A stretch of 64,000 nucleotides of DNA from contig JBBTCO010000003.1 in assembly GCA_038043185.1 (NCBI GenBank), positions 1,484-65,483 on the forward strand. The letters are read 5' to 3'. The notes below the pieces were generated by a model. It did no database searches. It saw nothing but the letters and a program-made list of their open reading frames with translations, and was not told the DNA's origin. Position 1 is the stretch's first letter, and every line of letters begins with the position of its first letter. Below, piece by piece: positions 16,179 to 24,338 of the stretch. This stretch comes from Bdellovibrionota bacterium (GTDB lineage Bacteria > Bdellovibrionota > Bdellovibrionia > Bdellovibrionales > Bdellovibrionaceae). Made by a program: the position numbers and the translations under genes.

Positions 16179-19106
16179 ATGAAAAAAACAATTTTGTTAT
16201 CCCTGATTATTATTTCGTTCCCATTTATACAATCAAAAATTCACGCTGAATCGCCTCAGAAAACAGCGGAAAAAGCGCAAGCGGCCACTGCCGCACTTTA
16301 TGCGACTAAAAACACCGCACTGACAGAACCTCGGCAAATCACCTTTGTTGGACCAAAATCGGGCGAAGGTTATTTTAGCGCGGATGGCAACAAAATGATT
16401 TTTCAGAGTGAAAGAACTGCGGAGAATCCTTTTTACCAAATGTTTGTGCTTGATTTCCTAACAGGCAAAACAACTCAACTCTCTCCGGGAAATGGCAAAA
16501 CCACTTGCGGCTGGATTCATCCTAACATGAAAAAAGCTTTATGGGCTTCGACTCATCAAGATCCAGATTGGAAAAAGAAAAAAGATGAAGAGTACGAGAA
16601 TCGCACCAAAGCCGTCAAAGCTAAGTACGCTTGGAGCTTTGACGATACTTACGACATCTATGAATCGGATCTTAAGGGAAAATCCCGCAAGAAATTAACT
16701 AAAGCAAAAGGCTACGATGCAGAGGCCTCTTACTCGCCAGATGGAAATTGGATTGCTTATGCTTCGAATTCTCATGCTTACTCTGAAAAATTAAGTGAAG
16801 AAGACAAAAAGTTATTTGCCCAAGATCCCTCGAGCCAAATGGAAATCTACATTATGAAATCCAACGGCCAAGGCAAAAAGCGATTAACAAATACACTGGG
16901 TTATGACGGCGGACCATTTTTCAGTCCTGACGGTAAAAAAATAACTTGGCGTCGGTTTGCAACCAATGGAGCTACTGCAGAAATTTTGACGATGAATGTT
17001 GATGGCAGCGATCAAAAACAAATCACTCAGATGAATGCACTTTCCTGGGCGCCATTTTTTCATCCTTCTGGCGATTACATTATCTTTACCAGCAGTGTTT
17101 TGGGATATTCCAACTTTGAATTGTTCATTATCGACAGCGAAGGAAAACACAATCCTGTGCGTGTGACTTTCGATGAAGGCTTTGATGGCTTGCCAGCTTT
17201 TCATCCGCGGGGTGATCAAATCACTTGGACTCACCGAAATGAAAAAGGCGAGAGTCAAATCTTGTTGGCACATTGGAACGACAGTGAAGCTCGAAGATTA
17301 CTTGGCCTTCCAGGCAGACCACTCAGTTTCAAAGATTTATCTCCGCAAATATCATCTCAAGATGCTCGAAAAATCATTCGCTACATGACATCCGCCGAGC
17401 TTGGGGGACGACCCACCGCTGGATCTCAAGAAATCCCTTTTGCCGAATCTTTGGTTCAGCTCTTTAAAGCCTGGGGACTTAAAGGCGGCGGCCCAAAGGG
17501 TGAGTTCATTCACGAATTTGAATTCACTTCGGGTGTAAATTTAGGTGCGAAAAATTCTTTTCAAATTTTGCGTGAAAAAAAATCAGAAGTGAATCTAACC
17601 GTCAGCCAAGATTATCTTCCTTCATCGACTTCGGCCTCGGGAACTTTTTCCGAATCGGACGTCATTTTTGCGGGATATGGTTTAAAAATTCCTTCAACTC
17701 ATGACACTCAAGCCTATGATTCTTATAAAAATATCGATGCAAAAGGGAAGTGGGTTGCGGTGCTTCGGGATTTTCCCCTTAATGCGAGTCCAGTATTGAA
17801 GCAGCAGATGCTGAATTTTTCGCAACCTCAACACAAAATCACCGTCGCGAAAAATGAAGGCGCCATTGGCGTTATTTTTATCAATGGTTATAAGAATGGT
17901 CTTAAAGAAAATTTCAGCCAACTCAAATTTGAAGGCAGTTTAAGCGATAACTCCATTCCCGTGGTCAAAGTTAAAACGGCCATTTTTGAAAAAATGATGG
18001 GGGATCATGAGCTCTCGAAATACGAAACCCCATCAAAAGCAGATCAAGCGGTCCAGGGTTTTGAACTTGCGGGAATCAAAGTAAAAGCAGAAATCAGACT
18101 TGATCTGCAGAAGTCCAAGGGGCGAAATGTTATTGCCCGTTTACCTGGAGGCCTTTCCAAATCCGCAGTTCTGATCGGTGCCCATGGCGATCATCTTGGC
18201 ACGGGCTTATTAGGAAGCTCCTTAGCCACATCCAAAGAGCAAGGTCAGATTCATCCCGGAGCTGACGATAATGCCTCTGGAGTCGCGGCCGTCTTGGAAT
18301 TGGCTCATTATTTTTCTTCTCAGAAAAAAACAAATCCAAAGTCTTTGCAAAAAGATTTGTATTTTGCCGTATGGTCTGGGGAAGAAGTCGGTGTCTTGGG
18401 ATCGTCTCAATACGTTAAAGATTGGGGCGATAAGTTTAGCAAAACTTTTGAAGCTGGAATGAACATGGACATGGTTGGTCGTCTGCGTGAAAAACTTCAT
18501 GTTCAAGGCGTAGCCTCTGGGGATCATTGGACTAATTTATCCGAAGAAATTTCTCTGCGAACGGGTATGCAGCTATCGCTGCAAGAGGATCCTTACTTAC
18601 CAACAGATTCCATGGCTATTTATTTGGGCAATGTCCCTTCAATTAGTTTTTTCACGGGCGCGCATCCCGAATATCACACTCCACGCGATGTCGAGTCTTT
18701 GATTAATTTCGATGGCCTACAACGAACAATTGAAGTGGTCAAAACCTATACTCAACTTCTATCCGACTCTTCAGCCCGAATTGTCAGATATAAAAAAGTC
18801 GAGTCTAAAGGAATAAACCGGGGAGCCGGACAATCTTTTCGATTGTATCTAGGAACTATTCCCGATTATTCGCAAGAAGGCGTTAAAGGCGTTCGCATTT
18901 CTGGAGTTAGCAAGGGGAGCCCTGCTGAAAAAGCTGGACTGAAAGAGAAAGACGTTATCGTCGAGTTTGCCGGAGCTAAAATTGAAAATATCTATGATTA
19001 TGTGTATTCACTGCAAACAGTGAAACCATCGATTGAAACCTCGATTAAAGTCAAACGCGGGGATATAACCCAAGAACTTAAGATTGTTCCTTCCGTTAAA
19101 GAATAG
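16179..19106 (+). CDS. secreted multidomain peptidase: TolB-like beta-propeller, PA/M28 aminopeptidase and PDZ
   Basis: ATG at 16179 with signal peptide MKKTILLSLIIISFPFIQS; the listed 16143 start is a TTG extension. PD40-type repeats (FSADGNKMIF, YSPDGNWIAY, FSPDGKKITW). M28 metal ligand motifs (GAHGDHLG, GADDNASGVA, SGEEVGVLGS, NMDMVG, HPEYHTPRD). C-terminal PDZ (GVRISGVSKGSPAEKAGLKEKDVIV). Confidence 0.8.
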   Translation: MKKTILLSLIIISFPFIQSKIHAESPQKTAEKAQAATAALYATKNTALTEPRQITFVGPKSGEGYFSADGNKMIFQSERTAENPFYQMFVLDFLTGKTTQLSPGNGKTTCGWIHPNMKKALWASTHQDPDWKKKKDEEYENRTKAVKAKYAWSFDDTYDIYESDLKGKSRKKLTKAKGYDAEASYSPDGNWIAYASNSHAYSEKLSEEDKKLFAQDPSSQMEIYIMKSNGQGKKRLTNTLGYDGGPFFSPDGKKITWRRFATNGATAEILTMNVDGSDQKQITQMNALSWAPFFHPSGDYIIFTSSVLGYSNFELFIIDSEGKHNPVRVTFDEGFDGLPAFHPRGDQITWTHRNEKGESQILLAHWNDSEARRLLGLPGRPLSFKDLSPQISSQDARKIIRYMTSAELGGRPTAGSQEIPFAESLVQLFKAWGLKGGGPKGEFIHEFEFTSGVNLGAKNSFQILREKKSEVNLTVSQDYLPSSTSASGTFSESDVIFAGYGLKIPSTHDTQAYDSYKNIDAKGKWVAVLRDFPLNASPVLKQQMLNFSQPQHKITVAKNEGAIGVIFINGYKNGLKENFSQLKFEGSLSDNSIPVVKVKTAIFEKMMGDHELSKYETPSKADQAVQGFELAGIKVKAEIRLDLQKSKGRNVIARLPGGLSKSAVLIGAHGDHLGTGLLGSSLATSKEQGQIHPGADDNASGVAAVLELAHYFSSQKKTNPKSLQKDLYFAVWSGEEVGVLGSSQYVKDWGDKFSKTFEAGMNMDMVGRLREKLHVQGVASGDHWTNLSEEISLRTGMQLSLQEDPYLPTDSMAIYLGNVPSISFFTGAHPEYHTPRDVESLINFDGLQRTIEVVKTYTQLLSDSSARIVRYKKVESKGINRGAGQSFRLYLGTIPDYSQEGVKGVRISGVSKGSPAEKAGLKEKDVIVEFAGAKIENIYDYVYSLQTVKPSIETSIKVKRGDITQELKIVPSVKE

Positions 19107-19126
19107 GAATTTTTTTGACGGTTCGG

Positions 19127-19242
19127 TTTTTTAAAAGATTTCTTATTTTACTTAATAAGGACTCACCATCCATGGTTGCCGGCTCTCGCCCTCCTGGCTC
19201 GCCGAGGTCCTTATTAAGTAAAATAAGAAATCTTTTAAAAAA
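19127..19242. repeat. 116-bp palindrome (36-bp perfect arms) carrying copy 1 of a 64-bp GC-rich module at its apex; terminator position
   Basis: Arms 19127-19162 and 19207-19242 are exact reverse complements. The 44-bp centre is TCACCATCCATGGTTGCCGGCTCTCGCCCTCCTGGCTCGCCGAG. The module shared with the second locus spans 19153-19216. It lies between two convergent gene ends. Confidence 0.9.
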
Positions 19243-19315
19243 TAACAGCCAAGAAAATTTTGAGGTGGGCAGAAGGAATAACATTAAGTTTTTGGGTTAT
19301 ATTTTGGGTTTGTAC

Positions 19316-20533
19316 TTACTGCAGGAGCCAGTGGATTTCATTTATGAGTTTGTTCAGGGAGTCGTCTTCGATAGGGCCGCCATAGTGTTTGGTTCCAAGA
19401 CTGTGGCCGCGATTTGGGTATGAGTTGATGTGGATGGGGGAATTGAAAGAGGTTTGGTAAAAATGGAGCACGTTGAATTCTCTTTGCGCGGGAGTGGCGC
19501 CGTCCACATCGCCATTGTTAAAAGATATTTTTCCATTAAAGTTGAAAAAACTATTTAAATTGTTTGGTCCATCGGTGAAAAACAATTTCCACCAATTGTA
19601 GTTGGCCCAAATAACACCGTATTCGCCAAGAAGATATTTGAATGGTTCGGAGTCGGAATGAGTGAACACTTCATCGCGAGTCGCTTGGTATTTTCTGATA
19701 ATTTCTTTCTGCAAAGAACTTTCCGTCCAACTTCCAGTTGACGATTTTAAGGATTCACACTGATCTTGAGGCATCGCATTGGTTTTACAAACTGTACTAA
19801 TCTCGTTGTTTTCGATTTTCTTATCGCTATTGAGATCCATTTCCCAGTAAGCGTCAGCCATTCGTGACGTAAATTGCCACTGAAAGAGGGCTCTTGGGCT
19901 TTCGGCGACAAATCCCATCATTAACAGTCCCTTTGGTTTAATAAGGGACTTAGAAATAAGTCTGGATAAATGAATTGTTCCTTCGGAATGGGCAAAAATA
20001 ATGATCTGAGCAGCATCAATCGTTGGTTGATTCATTAAATACTTATAAACACTTGCAGCATCGTCCCCTGGATTTGTCGCTGTCACGGTAGCGCGAATTT
20101 TATTATCTATACAGCTATTAACATAATGTTGAGTGATGGATTTTTCGTCATTACATGTTTTACAAAGAGGAACAGTTCTTTCACTGCAAGAAACACCTCT
20201 GTAATCATATCGTGCCGCTGCAATCCCATGTTTATTCAAAAATAAAGAAAACTCTTTAAAAAGAAGATCACGGTCCGTATTGCTTGAGCCATAATTGTAA
20301 TCACGATCAAACAACCCAGTTCCACCAACCATTAACACTATCGGAAATTTGCGAACGGAACGGGAAGCCGGCTCATCAGGGAGATCAACTTGACCATGAA
20401 TTTGAGTGATTCCATCCTCAGTGGCTATCGAAAATTGAATTGTTTTCGAAAAGCCACAGACTGGAAGAAGTAAAATTACTAGAAGATTTATATAACCCAA
20501 AATACCCATAATTCCCCGACCCCAAGTGCCCAC
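19316..20533 (-). CDS. secreted alpha/beta-hydrolase fold protein
   Basis: Hydrophobic N-terminus (an alternative start is MGILGYINLLVILLLPVCGFS at 20509). Nucleophile-elbow-like FAHSEGT. GGTGLFDRD is oxyanion-region-like. 405-aa ORF. Confidence 0.6.
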   Translation of the reverse strand: MGTWGRGIMGILGYINLLVILLLPVCGFSKTIQFSIATEDGITQIHGQVDLPDEPASRSVRKFPIVLMVGGTGLFDRDYNYGSSNTDRDLLFKEFSLFLNKHGIAAARYDYRGVSCSERTVPLCKTCNDEKSITQHYVNSCIDNKIRATVTATNPGDDAASVYKYLMNQPTIDAAQIIIFAHSEGTIHLSRLISKSLIKPKGLLMMGFVAESPRALFQWQFTSRMADAYWEMDLNSDKKIENNEISTVCKTNAMPQDQCESLKSSTGSWTESSLQKEIIRKYQATRDEVFTHSDSEPFKYLLGEYGVIWANYNWWKLFFTDGPNNLNSFFNFNGKISFNNGDVDGATPAQREFNVLHFYQTSFNSPIHINSYPNRGHSLGTKHYGGPIEDDSLNKLINEIHWLLQ

Positions 20534-20553
20534 AGGAAAGGACTTAACGAAGT

Positions 20554-20934
20554 TTATTTAACGTAACAATTAAGTTTATTTTTACCTTCTCGAAGAAGAT
20601 TTAAATGCGCTACTCTTAGTTGAGCGAATACACTCTGAGCTTTAATATCCATGATAAGTTGAGCGTTGTAATAATTACTTTGATCAGCACTAACCAATTG
20701 CGTAATTACACCACCTAAAATTTCGCTTCCCATTAAAGCAACTGGGAATTCTGCTTTTCCTTTTACCGTTAATTGTATTATGGGTACTTGTTGCCTGTTG
20801 TAATAAAAAACCGCGATTACATCATGATTTGGCGAGGTACATGTAACTCGTTGGTTCTTTCCAATCCCCTGTGAAAACGCAAGTTGAGACAAAGATAAAA
20901 CTCCTAATAACAAAGCACTTTTTAAAAACTTCAT
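20554..20934 (-). CDS. small secreted protein, unknown function
   Basis: Signal peptide MKFLKSALLLGVLSLSQLAFS-QG. 126 aa with two Cys. It lies 20 nt upstream of the hydrolase gene on the same strand. Confidence 0.55.
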   Translation of the reverse strand: MKFLKSALLLGVLSLSQLAFSQGIGKNQRVTCTSPNHDVIAVFYYNRQQVPIIQLTVKGKAEFPVALMGSEILGGVITQLVSADQSNYYNAQLIMDIKAQSVFAQLRVAHLNLLREGKNKLNCYVK

Positions 20935-21172
20935 GGCTAGCTCCTTACGATTGATACCGTTCCCAATAGAGTGGATTAATTCCCCTTACTTCAAAGTAGA
21001 ACGGTTTCTTATTAGGTCGTAAAATACATTAGTTTTCAAAAAGCTTCTACTGTTAGCCTTTCTGACAGGTAAAAACTACAAGCAGCAAGCAATACGCGCG
21101 CTCGCACAGCCGCCCTCTAATCCAAACCCGATCCCAAACACACCCCAGGAAGTGATTTTTTCATTAGGAAAA

Positions 21173-21280
21173 GTTCTTTAGAGCTTCCTCTATATAATAA
21201 GGACCTCGGCGAGCCAGGAGGGCGAGAGCCGGCAACCATGGATGGTGAGTCCTTATTATATAGAGGAAGCTCTAAAGAAC
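21173..21280. repeat. 108-bp palindrome (32-bp perfect arms) carrying copy 2 of the 64-bp GC-rich module, inverted relative to copy 1
   Basis: Arms 21173-21204 and 21249-21280 are exact reverse complements. The 44-bp centre 21205-21248 is the exact reverse complement of 19163-19206. The shared module spans 21195-21258. Confidence 0.9.
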
Positions 21281-21345
21281 GGCTTGCTAAAGCAAAACAA
21301 TCACTTCCGATAAGTTATATTATGTTACAAATTGAATTTTGCAGT

Positions 21346-21666
21346 CTATCGACCGGCTTTTATCACTGGAGAATGCTTAACTCTTCCTTTTTGATCAACA
21401 ATAGCATCGTTGCCATTTCCAACTTGAGCAAATGACATGTATCCCAAAATAATATCGTCAGGCGGTCGTTTTCCGCCGGTTTTTTCTCCGTATTCCTTTA
21501 ACATGACTTCAGTTGGTTTCCAGGGATACTCGCCCAATTGGATCCCAGCTTTTTTAAAAAAACCAACAACCTTTTCAGGAGTCGCATATGTTGGAGCGGA
21601 CTCCCAAAATCCATAAGATGAACTCGTTAAAATAAGGCCAAATAAGATGCTAAATAGTATTTTCAT
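21346..21666 (-). CDS. small secreted protein, unknown function
   Basis: Signal peptide MKILFSILFGLILTSSSYG. 106 aa. Confidence 0.5.
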   Translation of the reverse strand: MKILFSILFGLILTSSSYGFWESAPTYATPEKVVGFFKKAGIQLGEYPWKPTEVMLKEYGEKTGGKRPPDDIILGYMSFAQVGNGNDAIVDQKGRVKHSPVIKAGR

Positions 21667-21821
21667 AAATTCCTCGTTACTATGAGGGATTTCAAGATTT
21701 AAACCAAAAGTCCAGGGACTAACTTATTGATTTGTTTTGTTATTTATTTTCTTAAATTAGTTTTCTATTTAAAAAGTCATCCAGCTGTTGAGCTTTTCTA
21801 CGTATCACTCTGATACAACAC

Positions 21822-22232
21822 TCAATCAACAGTCCATTCCTTAAAGCCAAGTTGTATGGCTGCTGGTAAATCCTTGCGGTCGATTTCAAAAACGTTGGCC
21901 TGACCTGTGGGGCTTCCGCAGAGTTGCACCCTCATCATGCCGTCGTGGCGTTTCCAGCTCTGATAGACACGAATTGAACCTAAGGTCTTCTGGCTTTGGC
22001 TAAGCGACTGACTATGCCCCAAGCCGCACTGAAGGCTGCCGTCAAATTTATAGATGCGAACTCGATCCGCGCTACTTGTTTTTATGTTTGCCACAGGAAC
22101 CTCCGGGCTAGCCACAGGTGGACCCACATCCGTTTTTTTTGCCGCATCAGCCTCTCGCACATATCGACAATGGCTGTTTGCACAAGCTTGAGCAGAAACT
22201 GCAAAAAGAATAATTAAATAAAGCTTCATCAT
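21822..22232 (-). CDS. small secreted Cys-containing protein, unknown function
   Basis: Signal peptide MMKLYLIILFAVSAQA. 136 aa with 4 Cys after the signal. Confidence 0.5.
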   Translation of the reverse strand: MMKLYLIILFAVSAQACANSHCRYVREADAAKKTDVGPPVASPEVPVANIKTSSADRVRIYKFDGSLQCGLGHSQSLSQSQKTLGSIRVYQSWKRHDGMMRVQLCGSPTGQANVFEIDRKDLPAAIQLGFKEWTVD

Positions 22233-22259
22233 AAACTCCCAACTTTCAAAAACTTACTT

Positions 22260-23411
22260 CTAGGGAATATAGGAATTCAGAGGCGTCCAATTCCATCGGG
22301 CCTCAAGAGCATAAAGATTGGCTTCTCCAGAAATAAAATACACCCGGGATTTTTTTTCATCCACCAATGGCGCTGCTAAAATTCCGCGACCAGGTTCGAA
22401 GTGACCGACTTTTTTCCCAGACTCTGGATCTAAAAAAACCAAACTGGATTGAGACTCACCAAAAACAATTAAACCTTTATAAGGTTTCACTTGAGTGGCT
22501 AGCCCTTCGGAAAGTTTATAATTCCAAAGTTTATCTCCATTTTCCTTATTCAAGGCCCATAATTCACCACTGCTGGTCGGATAAAACAAACGGTTGCCGA
22601 CAATTGTTAAAGGACTATAGCCCCCAGTTTCGACCTTCCATATGACATCCCCTTTTTGAATCGACAAACAATAGAGGCGGTCATCGTAACCCGAAACGTA
22701 AATTCGATCTCCATCAACTAAAGGCGAAGAATCGATGTCGCGAAATTTTTTATTTTTGTTGAGATGATTTTCCCAAATCACACTCCCCGATTTTGCATTA
22801 AACGAGACCAAAGACCCATCGCTGAATCCAACAAATAAATGATCATCCTTTAAAGCCGGTCGCGGTCCACCCCGAATTGAAAATTGAGAAGTGTCTTGTC
22901 GGGTGTGAATCCAAATCTGGCGACCCGTATCCGCTTCTAAAGCATAAACAACGTTGGCACTGGAAACAAAGTAAAGAATCCCGCTGCGATCGTCTAACAA
23001 GGGCTCGGATAAGTTTTCTGACTTCGTATTCACGCTCCAAATTTCATTTCCCGTTTTTGAATCCAAGGCATAGAAAAATCCGTCGCTAGCTGCAACGTAA
23101 GTTCGACCTTTAAACTCAAGAGCGGAAGGCTCGACTCCGGCGTGAATTTTCTTTCGCCATTTTAATTTTCCATCATCTGCCGAATAAGCGGACAGACCAT
23201 CAATGGCATTTCCTTGAAGAAGCAATGAACCAGCTAAAACGGGAGTCATGCGATTGATTTTACGATAACGTTGATTTTCAACAGCTGTCGTTCTTTGGGT
23301 CCAGATCGGGTGAACCGAGAACTTACGATTTTTTACCGACTCGTCCAATTTTAATGACGAACACGAGCTAAAAACCATAAGCCCCAAAGAAAGACTAATG
23401 AATTTCAACAT
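22260..23411 (-). CDS. bamB: outer membrane protein assembly factor BamB (PQQ-like beta-propeller lipoprotein)
   Basis: ATG at 23411 gives MLKFISLSLGLMVFSSC (lipobox). Repeated propeller motifs: YALDSKTGNEIWS, YALEADTGRQIW, SFNAKSGSVIWE, CLSIQKGDVIWK, ALNKENGDKLWN. It follows a yfgM-like gene, as in the proteobacterial yfgM-bamB arrangement. Confidence 0.8.
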   Translation of the reverse strand: MLKFISLSLGLMVFSSCSSLKLDESVKNRKFSVHPIWTQRTTAVENQRYRKINRMTPVLAGSLLLQGNAIDGLSAYSADDGKLKWRKKIHAGVEPSALEFKGRTYVAASDGFFYALDSKTGNEIWSVNTKSENLSEPLLDDRSGILYFVSSANVVYALEADTGRQIWIHTRQDTSQFSIRGGPRPALKDDHLFVGFSDGSLVSFNAKSGSVIWENHLNKNKKFRDIDSSPLVDGDRIYVSGYDDRLYCLSIQKGDVIWKVETGGYSPLTIVGNRLFYPTSSGELWALNKENGDKLWNYKLSEGLATQVKPYKGLIVFGESQSSLVFLDPESGKKVGHFEPGRGILAAPLVDEKKSRVYFISGEANLYALEARWNWTPLNSYIP

Positions 23412-23415
23412 AGAA

Positions 23416-24279
23416 TTAGGACCCACGCTGATCCTTTTTAAGCTTCAGTAATCGTAAAAACTTTTCAGCTTCACGACTGGCAATTTGGTCGGTACTGGTA
23501 TTTGGAGAATTGCCCACCTGTTGGCTTGGATTTTTCACTCGATCAATAAGCTCTTTGTAAATGATTTCGGCTTGTGGAATTTGGTCCATTTTCTCGTAGC
23601 ACAAAGCCATTTTTAATTTTACGTCAGCAGTTAAAAAAGAAAGTCCATTCGAATTTTGATTCAACCGCTGCCATGTTTGCACAGCTTCTGCGCATTGATT
23701 TAAATTCGCTTGAAAATTTCCTTTTGTTTTTATTGCCAGTGCACTTAAGAGGCCGTTCACCTTCGTGCCCTTGGTGACTGGGTCCAGCGACTGAAGCGCC
23801 TCTTCAAGTTTATTTGAGTTACTGTAGATTTCACTTAGGAAAAGAGCCGACAACAAAGCCGCTTTAGATGAAGGGCTAGCCGCAGTTAGCTCCTTTAGTT
23901 CTTTAATGGGACCAGCATAGTCAACATCAGGATTTGTGCTGGGCTTAATAACAATTTCAGGAGTTTTATTTTTCTTTGTGGCGCCTTTGGTTGCCGCATC
24001 CTTTTCGTTCACTTTCGGAGCTTGAGCTTCCTCAAATTTTTTACGAAGATCGATATATTTTTTTTCCGCTAAGTAAAAATTTTCTTGAAGTTTATCTTCT
24101 GTTTGCTGTTGAACTACTGAATAAACAGTCCAACCCCCACCAGCAAAAATGAAGATTGCAAGAAAAGTTAAAACGGCTTTACTGTGAGCCGCTGACCATT
24201 CAAAACCTGTTTTAAGGTTGGCCAAAACTTTATCTGGGTTTTTCAGTTCTGCCTTCGTAAATTCAATCTTTTTGTCCAA
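23416..24279 (-). CDS. YfgM-like membrane-anchored TPR-like protein
   Basis: Short cytoplasmic N-terminus, one TM segment (AVLTFLAIFIFAGGGWTVYSVV), then a helical-repeat periplasmic region. Its position immediately upstream of bamB matches yfgM. Confidence 0.45.
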   Translation of the reverse strand: MDKKIEFTKAELKNPDKVLANLKTGFEWSAAHSKAVLTFLAIFIFAGGGWTVYSVVQQQTEDKLQENFYLAEKKYIDLRKKFEEAQAPKVNEKDAATKGATKKNKTPEIVIKPSTNPDVDYAGPIKELKELTAASPSSKAALLSALFLSEIYSNSNKLEEALQSLDPVTKGTKVNGLLSALAIKTKGNFQANLNQCAEAVQTWQRLNQNSNGLSFLTADVKLKMALCYEKMDQIPQAEIIYKELIDRVKNPSQQVGNSPNTSTDQIASREAEKFLRLLKLKKDQRGS

Positions 24280-24338
24280 AGTTTACTCCTTGAGTTGCAA
24301 AGTAGATTCTTTGAGCGCTCGGGACAAAAGTCAAGGCA

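Noticed and set aside
19163-19206. Assigning the 44-nt GC-rich core to a known self-cleaving ribozyme class (hammerhead, twister, pistol, HDV-like) or to an integron attC site
   Set aside because: There is no CUGAUGA/GAAA hammerhead core, and I could not align any recognisable twister or pistol conserved nucleotides. The resemblance to HDV (CCUCCU, GCCGGC) is superficial and lacks the nested pseudoknot. attC sites have imperfect arms with RYYYAAC/GTTRRRY ends, which are absent here.
19096-19423. Listed ORFs 19096..19284 (-) and 19115..19423 (+), plus 21238..21435 (+), which read through the palindromes (DGESLL... peptides)
   Set aside because: They are mirror translations of the palindrome and core, they overlap better-supported genes, and they have no coding features.
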